From: Paraspadella gotoi
Lineage: Eukaryota > Animalia > Chaetognatha
DNA length: 64,000 nucleotides
Assembly: GCA_051294375.1 (NCBI GenBank)
Contig: CM119264.1
Span: 28,810,696 to 28,874,695 of the forward strand
Reading direction: 5' to 3'
Shown here: one piece after another, positions 46,201 to 57,486 of the stretch
How positions within the stretch are numbered: position 1 is the stretch's first letter
Layout of the letters: every line of letters starts with the position of its first letter
The notes under the pieces: model-generated
Databases searched by the model: none
Told to the model about the DNA's origin: nothing
What the model saw: only the letters and a program-made list of their open reading frames with translations
Position numbers and translations under genes: made by a program

Positions 46201-46848
46201 TGTAATCTTAAATCATTTTTACTTCATTTCACTGTCAAGTGACCGAAATGGTATGAATATTCATTAAAACAGAGTAAAATATATATTTAGATCTTTCACT
46301 TGTGATAAAATGGAGGAGCTCTTTAATTTCGATTAACTTATTTCAACTATCTAAATTTGTTTTTAAATTTGTATAATATGTTTATAAATTAAGACAAATT
46401 TAAAGTACCTAGAGACCGAGTTCCTCTAATTGCTATTTCTGCTAAATTACCTATGATTTTCTAATGCCCAAAAAAAATGCAGCCTGCCTGAATTTAAGCG
46501 GAAGTTTAAACTCACTCTTTACTAATAATCTGAAGAATTTAACATTTGCTAGTGATTAATAATGCTGAATGATGATAATTGTTTGGTTTGAAAAGCGGAA
46601 ACAGGGTTGCATGCATTCAAACACAAATACCGCTATAAGTCTTGCAGAGAAGCCTTTAAAACTTAATGAATGATAATGATAATTTAATTGTAGGTAATAA
46701 ATCCTTTATTTATAGTATTCCTGGAATACAAGTCAACCAACATAAGCGGTTGGTAGCTTCATCGAAAGAGCGATTAAAGTCAAACGTATCTACTTCCAAA
46801 TCTGGACTGACAAGATCACAGGGGCTAACCTTGCCGCCAATTTTGTAG
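26650..46848 (+). CDS. Uncharacterised protein with two calponin-homology-like domains and C-terminal ankyrin repeats (multi-exon; 5' end unresolved)
   Basis: CH1 comes from exons at about 27380-27438 (RAFTSWVNFRL), 27635-27735 (VSSVLVDLIQDKKL), 27991-28050 and 31620-31793 (AIFELLWALV). CH2 comes from 36640-36754 (LSDARYLTHLVNAFVP), 37159-37240 and 38639 onward. Ankyrin repeats lie at 40361-45660 (GDAALHIAC, GNTPLFSAV, GSTFLHTAA, GATPLHRA, GNTPLHVLC). Stop TAG ends at 46848. Confidence 0.82.
28284..28439 (+). mobile_element. Degenerate tRNA-derived SINE-like element (interrupted by a hAT MITE)
   Basis: B-box-like GGGTTCTAGCCC and shared layout with 53294-53460 (CCCAA.GGTC.CGGGTTCTAGCCC...GACGGG...TAA.CC.CC.GTA...CC..ATCCG). 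Confidence 0.55.
28623..29820. mobile_element. Penelope-like pseudo-LTR fold-back (~560-bp inverted arms) carrying hammerhead ribozyme motifs
   Basis: About 28660-29224 is the reverse complement of about 29268-29822. 12-bp TSD AAATATTTTTTA (28611-28622 and 29821-29832). CTGATGA-stem-GAAA motif in the left arm, with a variant in the right arm. Confidence 0.78.
28715..28756 (-). ncRNA. Minimal type I hammerhead ribozyme motif
   Basis: Minus strand reads ACG-CTGATGA-A-GGCTC(gaaatgt)GAGCC-GAAA-ACATGTC-CGT: conserved core, stem II, short palindromic stem III and stem I ACG/CGT. Confidence 0.7.
30096..30774. mobile_element. Second, diverged Penelope-like pseudo-LTR insertion with short inverted hammerhead-containing ends
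   Basis: 14-bp TSD TGAGGATATTACTA (30082-30095 and 30775-30788). 30096-30135 is the inverse of 30651-30690. Shares TGTAATGTACAACA and GAGCTCAAA.TGAGCTGGCCCC with the first insertion. Confidence 0.78.
31020..31352. repeat. 17-bp minisatellite (CCTCCACCGCCTCCTTT)n, about 19 copies
   Basis: Directly visible. Confidence 0.92.
32995..33585. repeat. Degenerate ~20-25 bp tandem array (CCAATCAAATTGTC.TCT.TC.AG)
   Basis: Repeated CCAATCA-containing units filling the intron start after the donor near 32978. Confidence 0.75.
33833..34295. mobile_element. Possible degenerate MITE
   Basis: GGGGCGTGTA (about 33834) and TACACGCCCC (about 34285) form terminal inverted repeats around an AT-rich interior; no clear TSD. 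Confidence 0.4.
35117..35470. repeat. (AAAT)n/(CAAT)n microsatellite tract
   Basis: Directly visible. Confidence 0.9.
43996..44611 (+). mobile_element. Intact hAT-type MITE (~616 bp)
   Basis: TAGGGTGGAG...CTCCACTCTA termini, perfect 8-bp TSD CTATATAA (43988-43995 and 44612-44619), and a second copy at 28440-30919. Confidence 0.88.
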
Positions 46849-48856
46849 TTATTGTTATTGTATGTTGTTAATTGTTTTTTGTCTTAGATTCTTGTTTCTC
46901 GTTATAAAAGCTTTTCTGAATATCTTGAAAATGGAAACTGAAACTTCTAAAGATAAAATATTTGGCTAGTGTGTGCTTGGCCATAACTTACTAATCGCAA
47001 AATCAAGAAGTTCCAACACTAAGTATTATGATCGTTACCTCATTAACAATTAAACAGTCACAAAGTCTATGTAATGATATTATTACATGTGCTACTCTTG
47101 TTATATTATGCAATTTTTACTCATGTGATATGTAACATGTTTTAAGTTGAACAATGTTTTAGCATTTTTTTTAATGAAATACCGTAGTATGAAAACTAAT
47201 TCAAATGTTCTATCATACAGTAAGACTATTAGTGGCGATATAGAATTAGCTAAAATTAAAATAAATAACTTGAAGAGATATGTAAAATATCTATATATAT
47301 CTATATATAGACGTTAGTTGTGGTTGTCTGCAGGTGACAATCCGATTGGTTGAAGAGAGTGAATTAGTAACCGACTTCTCTTGGACCGCTAAACTCAATG
47401 AACAGCTTCGTAGTCACAAAGCTGGAATTAAAAGTAACTAATTAAGTTCCCAATCTTTTTTTTTAATAAAAAAGTTTGAGACAATTTTTTTATCTCTACT
47501 TGTCTTGTCTCTACTAGTTTCTTCTTTTCTCGAACAAAATAGCAAGAGAATCGCTGAAAGAAGTCGGCACAAAAATCAGCAGAAAGAAAAGAAAAGAAAA
47601 AAGGGGAAAAAAAGGAAAGAAAGGATCTCCCACCGGCCCGGTTGCTGTAGTTACTATCGTCCCTCAAACGCTAGAATATTGCCAAAGAGTCTTCGCTGTT
47701 ACAATAACGGTGGAATGGATGGGAACACCTTGTTAAGTAAATACGTCATCGATATGTATGTTCGTCCGTTTTCGATGATGGGGATTGGCTGAAAGTGCCT
47801 TTTTCAGATATATTTCCGTGGTTATTTTACTGACCCAGGAACAATTTTAACTCGGCGTTTCGTATTTTGCATTTGTCATTATGCCATAATTAAAGTACCG
47901 GGCGTGTAGTTATGGGTTAAATTTTTATTTTTTAAAAACGACAATCATCCCAAATTTTAAATTGCCTTTAATCAAAAAAGACCAAATTTGTATCTTCATC
48001 ATTTTGGATCGATCCCTTTTCATTAGTGTAAACTACAATCGAGTTTTGCGTTGTTTTCCCTCATGAGGGTTCAAGATTCACTTCCTTGTTTTTACGATGG
48101 ATTCTGTTCGGCGTAGTTCATAGCGGATGACGAGGCCCAAATGGCCTAAGCTATGCGCCTCATTAGCACTACGTCAAAAAAATGTATATATGTGTATTAT
48201 ATATATATTTCTGGCGGAATTGTTAAGTGAACTAGTAAAGCGAGTTTATTATTATTAACTTAAACAAAATGTTATTTATCGTTATCAATGTTCGAAATAA
48301 GTGCACTTATTTTGGTCTTGGCTCATTGTAGCACGCGGCCGTGAACATGGGCGAGTGCGTGTTGGATCGAGTCTCTCTACAATATCGATCTTTCACGTGA
48401 TACTGCGACTTGAAGAGGATGATGTCTATAAAAACCAGGATTCTCTTTTGAAAATTATCATTTGTCCGTCCCCTTTCCCATCACTATCATATTTTAAAAC
48501 GCATTGTCTTTACTTTCTACGTTTGTAATAATGTTTTACTTCTCTAAATGATTTTCATTGTGAATTTTTTTCGCCAATTCGACCAAAACTTTTTTATTGG
48601 ATTCTGATTTGTTCTGGTAAGTGAACCAGAAGTCTCTTCCCGCTTTTTGCGATTAATATTATAATTACGCATTTACGTAATTTTTTTTGACAGATTTTTC
48701 TTCCCCTCACACCTGGTCTCAAAAGCGACGATTTATACGAATCCGTAAAACGCTCATATGACGAAACTTAATGTATCAATTATCATGATCATTGACCTTT
48801 AAATTGTAATCGCACATATATACAAACTGTTCGCGCAATTGAACTCTGAAAACAAG

Positions 48857-51800
48857 ATGGCGGAATTGAGCGCCGAGGAAATGCGTCGTCGCCGCTTGGC
48901 GCGTCTCGGAGGACCAGCGCCCCCCTCTGCCACGCCCTCTTTATCCACCGTTAGCGCCGGTAATCGTTTTCTAATTTGGATGTGGATCGAATATGTTGCG
49001 GTTTTTTGTTTTTGGTTTTTTTTTTGTTTTTTTTTGTAAAATACTTTTGTATATATGAGAAATTCTAAAAGAAGATGCTTAACATTATGATTATCATTAT
49101 GGTAAAATTTTACTTTCACCGACTGAAATTTTGGTTTCTTTGGAAGAACAATGTAAAAAGATTTTATTATAAAACGTATAAAAATAATTATTTAACCAGC
49201 TCTAAACCCTCCCTAATCCTTACCCTAAATTACCCTTAAACCACCTCGAAACTACCCCTAACCCCGAAAGTAACGATAATAGTCTAGTAGATACAAATAA
49301 AGATATGAGATTGGCTTTCAAGTGGAGTCCGCCCAATAGATTTGGAGGGATCCGAAAGTTCTCTAAACAGTTCACTTTGACTGCCAGACGGTTGTTTTAA
49401 ATCTGGTGAGCGAATGAAGATGGAAAAAGAGTTAAGCTGAGGATCGCGTGAACCTGAAGATCGCGTGAATTGAAACTTTAAAGACAAACGTTTTAATTTC
49501 CATCGTTTTTCTCAGTTTCCCAATCATCTCTCGAGACCCCGAGCGGCCGCTCCGACGTTTCCGCGCCAGGGTCGCCCGCCGTCGCGAAGCCGACCGATTT
49601 GTCAGCATCGCAACCTATCAACATCAAGAGAGGCGGGAATTCCAATTCTTCCGGGTAAGATAATCGATCCAATGATGTAGAGAGATATGAAAATAATAAA
49701 ATTTTATAATAGTAAAATTTAGAATGTATAGAGTATGAAAATAAAAAATTAATGTAGAGCAAGATTTTGTCAAGTGATTGAACGGGGATATTGATTACAA
49801 TTGATTACAATTGATTGTAATGATTCTCTCTTCAGAAACTCTCTCCCCACGGGGTCGGCGATGGCGCAGGCGGCGCTCATGGGGGAGAGCGTCGAGGAAT
49901 GCGGTCACGTGACCAACATGAGCCCTACGTCGACACCCATCTTGTGTCAGCCTCAAATCAGTCAGGAAATGGACTCGGGAATCGAGACGATGGACATGGA
50001 CGAGTTTCCTTCGTCTCTCGTGGTCAGTTCGGTTTTTAATATTTTTTCTTTAGTGATAAATTTAATGATTTATATTTTAGTAATATAGTTGCGAGTTCGA
50101 CCCAGTAAGAAATATGTTTTCATAGAATAATAATTAATAATAATAATTTAATATTAAATAATTAGATGAACAACTCGTCCACGAAACTCGGGGGGTTTCC
50201 CTCCATCGGCGAAGAGGCGTCGCAAGACTCGGACTCTCCGAACCGACGATCCGTTGGAGACGCCGCCCGATCCTCGAGGAGGCGGGCGAGAACCGAGAGC
50301 AACTCTGAGATCTCCGAGGAACAAGTCGTCAGGTAAGTTAAAGAGTTGGATCAGTTTGAGAGGGAACGAGTTTAAAATGAAAAAAGAATATCTCTTTGAA
50401 TCCACAGAGTCATTCAACGAGTGTTAAAAGTCTCGTGGGATCAGTCTTCAAACGTGGCGTCGAGAGGAACGACCCCTCAACGGCATCTGGGCGTCGGCTC
50501 CATGGGAAGCCTTGATTCAACTTCACTTTCCGGTAAATGAATAATGTTAATTAATTAGTATTGATTCAGTTTTTATTTGCAACTGGCTAATTCTTAATCC
50601 CAGGTCCGTCAACGATTTTTCTTCCGCAAGCCGCTGACGCGGCCATCGACGCGCTGGCGTCGAATGAAGACGAATCCGACGAAGACTTTGGCATCCAATC
50701 CGGGTCTGTCATAAAAATAAGAAAGAAAACGTAAACTTTAATAAACTTAACCTCTTTTTTTCCGCAGTAACACGGGGCGTTTTTACATCGATCAAGCCGA
50801 TCTGATCTGCCAACTACTAATGGAGACTGTTTCCATCCTGGTGGACAAGTACCCCAGCAATCCCTACGCCTCCTTGAGACAGGAAGAGGATTTTCCCAGT
50901 TGTTCTCCGATGAAGATGTCAGGTATATAAATAAATAAATAAATAATAACAAGCCACATTGCGTTACATCGTTCCTTCACATCACCATTCGACCTCCGTC
51001 TTCAGGCGCGAGCCCCGGCGGCGTCTCTCCTCTCTCTTCGTCGATGGCGCCGACGAGGATGTTCACCAACGAGCGCTTCAAACCGCGCGATTGCTCAGAA
51101 TCCAACGCCGTCGCCTACCTACTCGATTGCTACGAGCGGGTGGCCCACGAAGAGCGCCTGGCGCCGCGTCGAGCCCTCACGCCTCCGCTCAGCGACGCGC
51201 TGGCCGAATTGAAACGACAGTGCACGCAGACGCTCTGTCTCGTCTTGCAGGTTTTTGGTCATTTTACGCGAATGATCGTCAAAACAATATTTTTGTATGA
51301 TACTTATCTTCGTATTCTAGGGAACGTTTACTTCGCCGCCTTTGGAACAAAAAGGTTCGCCTCTTCTTCCTTACCTCCTAGCGTCAAACCTTCCTCGCGG
51401 TTTTCTCCAAGATCTCGTCAATTTTACGCTCAGGTGAGACTGACGAAGACTTCGATCTTGATCGATCGTCGCATTCAGCCTTTTCTCTTTCGTAGTGAAA
51501 GCGAAACTGGACTCTTGACGCCGGGAAGCGACTTGATTTGTTCTCCGGAATCCGGTTCGTTGTTCAGCAAAATATTTTTGCCCGTTTTGCAAGGCTTACT
51601 CATTGCCATTGCCACCACCTCGCTACAGGTAAGTCGTCTCGCCTCGTATTTCTTCTTCTCTTTGGACTTTTAATGATTTTGCTCCTATTTTAGGGAGACC
51701 ACTATCACCAACCGTTGCAAGCCTTAAACGAGCTCATTGAAATCAAGTGGTCCAGATGGACGGACGAGGAAAACGAAAGCCCTCCGCCGGGATCGTCTAA

Positions 51801-54800
51801 TTCTCTCGTTTTGAGGTTTTAATTCGATTTAGAATTATTTTCATTGAGTTTGTCTTTGCATAAATTCAACAATTTCATTCTTCTCAGGCCTTTTTGCTCA
51901 CTGATCATCGCTCACCCATTGTTTCTCCCGCCTTCACTGACGTTTTCCACCGGAAGGGAGATGCAAAAACTGACATTTCTCGGACCATTTTTTCAGGTGC
52001 AGTTTTACGTACAAATATCATATTCAATGGTAGACGTTTTAATTATCTGACTTGTGTTAACGACTTCCGCTCTTATCGCAGCTCTCCGTCTTTGCGGAAG
52101 ACGACCCTCGCGTGGTGGAGGCGTACTTCTCCACCATATCCATGCCCTCCGACAGCGTGAAGGTTCTCAATCAAAACCTTCGACAGGCTTTGGAAAACTT
52201 GAGACAGGTCCTTTTACTTTTCATTATTTCATGATCTGGAAATCAGCTCTTTAGTTTTTAAGTGTAGTAGAAGAATCGACATTGCGTTTGCAGGATCTCT
52301 TCAAGCTCTTCCGAACACTCCTTGTCAACAGTGACACTCGAGACGCCGCAAAGAATTTCCTTCAAGAGGCGATAAGAAGAAACGTGAAGCGGACGCAAAT
52401 GCAGCCGGACGAAAAGCAAGTCGCCGGTGGGTCGCGTCATTTGTTATCCTCTTGCTTCCTTTATCCGTTTTCCCCTATTGCGTAACCCTTTTCTTTTATT
52501 ACAACAGGCGACGGGTTTATGCTCAATCTACTCACCGTGATGCAGCTGTTAAACCAAAAGGTGAAGATCGAAAAGGTGGATCCCTTTTACCCTTTCCATC
52601 CTCAAACGAGAGCGCCCAAGCTGGAGGACGAGACACGCCTCCTCTTTTCTCGCTCCGACTCCAATCTCTGGATGGAGAAAGGGTTGCCCGCCCAAGTCTC
52701 CTCCGCATGGAAGGACGAGGCGGCCAACTTCCCCACCGAGTGTTTCTTCCTCACCCTGGAGACGCACCACTCGGCGCTGCTGCCGGCGTGCAGGCGATAC
52801 CAGCGCCGCCTCCGCGTCATTCGCGAGCTGCAGCGCGCCGTGGAAGAGGTGGAGGGCACGGAGGATCAGTGGAAGGACATGCCGCTGGCCTCGCGGAATC
52901 GACAGCTCATCAAAAAGTGGAAGGATCAGATCAAGAAGTTCGCCCAGTCGAAACTCGCCGCCGATGTCGCCTTGCTCGATCCCAATTTGGTCCAGGTGAG
53001 GAATGGGCCTCGGGGACACGGGGGGATAAGTGAACGGGAGAGAAAGAGGAAAATGGAGAAAATTGCAATAAATGGGTGACAATTTTATTTAATTTTAATT
53101 TCCACAGCGTTGCTACCAATTTTACGCGGATCAATTAGTGCCCTTATTGTTACGTGTCTTGTCGCCGAGTGATCCGTCCCAACCGACCCTCCCTCTCCCG
53201 GCCGAGGTTAGTTTCAATCTGAATTCCCGCTCGTCGCGTTTGAAGAAGCAGGTATATATTATGGTGGACTAAAATCCACCAACCGTTCATCAGCGGCCAT
53301 TGGTGCCGGAGGCAAGTCATTCGCCTCCCAACCCAAAGGTCCGGGGTTCTAGCCCGGTGGTCGTCTGGCAGTTAAGAGGGACGGGGCGCTTAACCCGCCT
53401 GTAACATGGTGTTACAGCCTGATCCGAAGCTCAGGGACTGCTTACATTGAACGGTTCTGTCACTAACACATAGCAATAATTAATGTCTCTTCAATATTCA
53501 TTTAAAATGTTTTCTAGGTTCCGGAACTGTTCGCGTCTTATCCGGAATATTACCTCGAAGACATGGCCGACTTTTTCCTCTTCATTCTCCAATTTTCTCC
53601 TCAGACGTTGGAAGACAGGTCATTTTTTTTTAGGTTTCTAAATACATTAATTATAATGTAAAACTCAATAATTTTCTTCCAGTTGGAATCACGAACTGGC
53701 CACGTTTTTCCTGGTTCTCATTTCCTCACCTCACATCGTCAAAAATCCTTACCTCGTCGCCAAGTTCGTGGAGATTTTGTTCATCGCCGATCCTTCCATT
53801 CAAAGGTTAATTTTCTCGTTTCTAATTCTAGCGTTGATAATCATTAATTAATTAATATTATTCAATCAATCGTTTCTTATCTCACCGAAAAGGTTCACCG
53901 GTCGCCTCCACGACATGATCACCGGCCACCCTTTGAGTTCGAAGATCCTCGCCTCGTCGCTGATGCGATTTTATACCGACGTCGAGTCAACCGGAGCCTC
54001 TTCCGAATTCTACGACAAATTCTCCATCAGGTCAGGCGGACGATACGGTCCATTGTGATTGCGCGTTACTGTTACAGATGCTTTTTTATTATATCTCATC
54101 AATCTCAATTGTATATATTGTAGTAGTAAAATATTTAAAGTCCCTTCCGTTAAGTTGTTTTGCTTATTTCTGGCTTTAAGAGAGATTACTGACTAAAGTC
54201 GGTGGCGACTTGAAGCGGCTTTTTTTCTTCCCTTCAGACTATCGTTTTCCCTTCCTTAAAAAAAAAGGTACCACATCGCGATCGTGATGAAGTCTCTCTG
54301 GAAGATCCCCACCCACCATGACGCCATCTGCCGAGAGTCGACGCATGGGAAGCAGTTCGTCCGCTTCGTCAACATGCTCATCAACGACGCCACCTTTTTG
54401 CTCGACGAGTCGCTCGACTCTCTCAAACGCATCCACGAGGCGCAAGAGTTGATGGAAGACCCCGTCGAATGGGGAGCCTTGCCGAGGTGAGTGAATTGTA
54501 AACGCTGTTGGGGGAAGATTCCCCTTTTCCCCAATTTTGTAATTGGATCGTTTTTCAGAGAACAGCAAGTGCAGCGGCAGGGGACGCTGCGCCAGGACGA
54601 ACGCCAGTGCCGCAGTTACTTGACGCTGGCGTCGGAGACCGTGGAGATGTTCAGCTACTTGACGAAGAGCATCAAGGAGCCCTTCTTCAAGCCGGAGATC
54701 GTCGACAGGCTGGCGGCCATGCTCAACTTCAATCTCCAACAGCTCTGCGGACCCAAGTGCAAGGACCTTAAGGTGTGATATTTGGGAAATTGATGTGTGA

Positions 54801-55704
54801 TGTTTTTTTTAGTCAGTCTAAACGGCGGATATTATTTTCCGTTCAGGTTAAAAATCCTGAAAAATACGGATTCGAGCCTAAGAAACTTTTGCAGCAGTTG
54901 ACCAATCTCTATCTGCATCTCAACTATCCGGAATTTCATCAGGCCATCGCCAACGACGAAAGATCCTACAGGCGAGAGTTATTTATTCATATTCGATTAA
55001 ATTAGATAAATTAGTCTTTACATGCAAATTTAAATGCTTCTATCTTGGCGCCTTTCAGGAAGGAACTGTTCGAAGCGGCGATGGTTCGCATCAAAAAGGC
55101 GATGATCTTCAACGAGGTGGAGATCGAGAGATTCCGCGGCATCGGAGAGGAAGTGGAGAAGCTCGTCAAGCTCAAGGATCGAGAGGAACGGGACTTCGAG
55201 GACGCGCCCGACGAGTTCAAGGTGAGTTTGGACGGGACGAGGTGAGGTGATCTATCAAAGGGTCGAATGGTATTTTAAGTCAAGTGGAGACTCGCGGAAA
55301 AGGAAAGAGTTAAACGTTAATCTTGGTCAGAAAACAAAACAAAAACCTTTAGTAAGGCTTTAATTAAGCTTCCATTGATTGCCAAATTAATATCCTCTGG
55401 AAAATTGGTTTGAAGTTTATTTTCTCAATTGAACTGTGTCGTAAGTTCATAACATCTTTTTCTTATAAATAATCCACACCTTGCATCTCCTCCCTTCAAG
55501 GATCCTTTGATGGACACTTTGATGAAGGATCCCGTGAGCCTCCCGTCCGGCGTGGTCATGGAGCGCGCCATCATCGAGCGCCATCTGCTCAACTCCTCGA
55601 CGGATCCCTTCTCTCGCCTCCCGCTCACCGCGGAACAGCTCGTGCCCAACATCGCGCTAAAGGAGAAAATCGAGGCTTGGTGCCAGGAGAGGAAGCGCGA
55701 CTAA
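48857..55704 (+). CDS. UBE4B: Ubiquitin conjugation factor E4 B (Ufd2), multi-exon
   Basis: N-terminus [17 protein letters not shown]; Ufd2 core motifs ([82 protein letters not shown]); C-terminal U-box [24 protein letters not shown]...DPFSRLPL; stop TAA ends at 55704. Confidence 0.96.
53294..53465 (+). mobile_element. tRNA-derived SINE-like element in a UBE4B intron
   Basis: A-box-like TGGTGCCGGAGG and B-box-like GGTTCTAGCCC with tRNA-like spacing but no valid cloverleaf; hairpin TGTAACA-TGG-TGTTACA; similar to 28284-28439. Confidence 0.6.
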
Positions 55705-56742
55705 AGGGAGAAGTTGTGTCACTCGTTGCGCGTATGATCTTTTCAGAATATCACTATTCACTAGTATCAGTTAATTATAGGTGTACCGTAGGTTAACAAA
55801 AATCCCTCTTTGTTTCTGCGTTGAGAAAAAAAAAGGTTTCTTCTCGCACTATTTTCTCTCTGTCTCTTTCATAGTATCTACTTTTTTCACGCTAGTCAAA
55901 TGAGGAATAATAAATGTGATGTTACCTATCGCCAGCCTGTTTTATATCTTTTTAAGTGTTTCCCAATAAATGATTTGTTTCGACTCGATCGGAGTCTTGC
56001 TGCCACATGGTTGTGACTAAGAAACCGTGTTATTGCATCCTAATTGTAAAATTTTAGATATATGTTTATAATCATTCCATTAATTTCCGAGTGTGTTTGT
56101 GCACGGTTTTCTGACTAAATAAGCGCGAGCAAATTTCACTGCAGCTTTTAACTTTTGTCAAGTCGCTGATGGATGCTTTTGAACTTTGTTTATAAGAAAT
56201 GTTATATACAGTGTTGACGTTAAATTTTTTGATGAGTTTATCACCATAATTACGGTTAGCTTCGCTTAATACTGCCTGAAAATCTAGGAAATATTGTGAC
56301 TTTGGTAAATTTCCACGTTAGAAAATGTGAATATTTGTCATGACCTTAAAATTATGCCATTTGCTTTATTTATTATTGTGTCACAAATTACACTGATAAA
56401 TATAAGGAAAATTGTTTAACGTATTTTGTTTAGTACTTATTAGTTAGATTAGCTTAGTTTGAAGATGTTACAATAACCAGTTTAAGGTAAAAACTTATAT
56501 AATTTATAAACAATATAGAACCAATCTATTCTCAACGGCGAACAACGACGAAAAATGTTAATGATAGGGCCGACTGCATTAGCAAAAACATTGCAGGATA
56601 TTTGAGTTAATAGTGAAATCGACCAACGAAATTTTTAGTGCTCTCTTCAGAACTGAGTAAGTGTTCAACAATGTTGGAAATGTTGAATCATTTAAAACTT
56701 TTTAACTGATATTGGTTATCATCAAACGTTAATACTTAAAAC

Positions 56743-57002
56743 TATGAAATTGGTACAACCAATATAAAAATTATCCATTCATTTAATAAATAAGCTATCT
56801 TGCCCCTGACTTTGGACAGGCTTTGGTGGTTTAAGGCCTCCATCACTCTTACAAGATAATGACATAGCAGGTCCCTGCAAGCTTTCAATCAAGACTCTCT
56901 CACAGTCTCGTTTATTCACTCCCAGAGTACCTGGCTTCCCTATCAATGATGTGTATAATATTCAAAGAATGTTTCAATTGTATGAAAAGACCACTCCCTT
57001 AA
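56743..57002 (+). mobile_element. ~260-bp dispersed non-autonomous repeat with terminal hairpin (full-length copy)
   Basis: Matches 19905-20165 (reverse complement) and the partial copies at 58243-58409, about 57640-57795, 44640-44755 and 21935-22060. Confidence 0.85.
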
Positions 57003-57486
57003 GTATTAGATCTTAGACTGTATCTCCCACCGAAGCTGACTTCGAAATTATTCCGGGTTAATTTCGTTCGAATAATATACGTGATATAACTTCGAAAGGA
57101 TTTGCATGATCCAGTCAACTTCTTCCGAATCTTAGTTTTGAAAAACAAATTCGATCGATCTCTCGATCTGGCGAACTTACCGAGACATTCCTCATAATAG
57201 GCGTATTCATGTTTCAAAACCGGTTCTGGTCGGCCTGCCAACCCGAAGTTGATCCCATTTTCGGGTGACGTTAGTCCAGGTTAGCAACCTCTGCATCGGC
57301 TGCGTCATTCGAGAAAAAAAAGGGGATCCGGGTCGAAGAAAAATAAAATTCTTTTTTTTTTTTAAATCTAAACACTAATTTAAATATAAGTAGATACTAT
57401 TATTACTCCAAACGCTCGATCTACCAAAGGACACTACCTTAGCCAACTCGGTCACCCACCCCAATTATTCCCCTGCTCACTCCAAA

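Noticed and set aside
48125-48170. SECIS element (ATGA...AAA)
   Set aside because: No matching 3' GA quartet and no selenoprotein CDS upstream.
56999-57280. 80-aa minus-strand ORF divergent from PKD2
   Set aside because: Non-ATG start, no recognisable motif or splice support, and it runs into a repeat.
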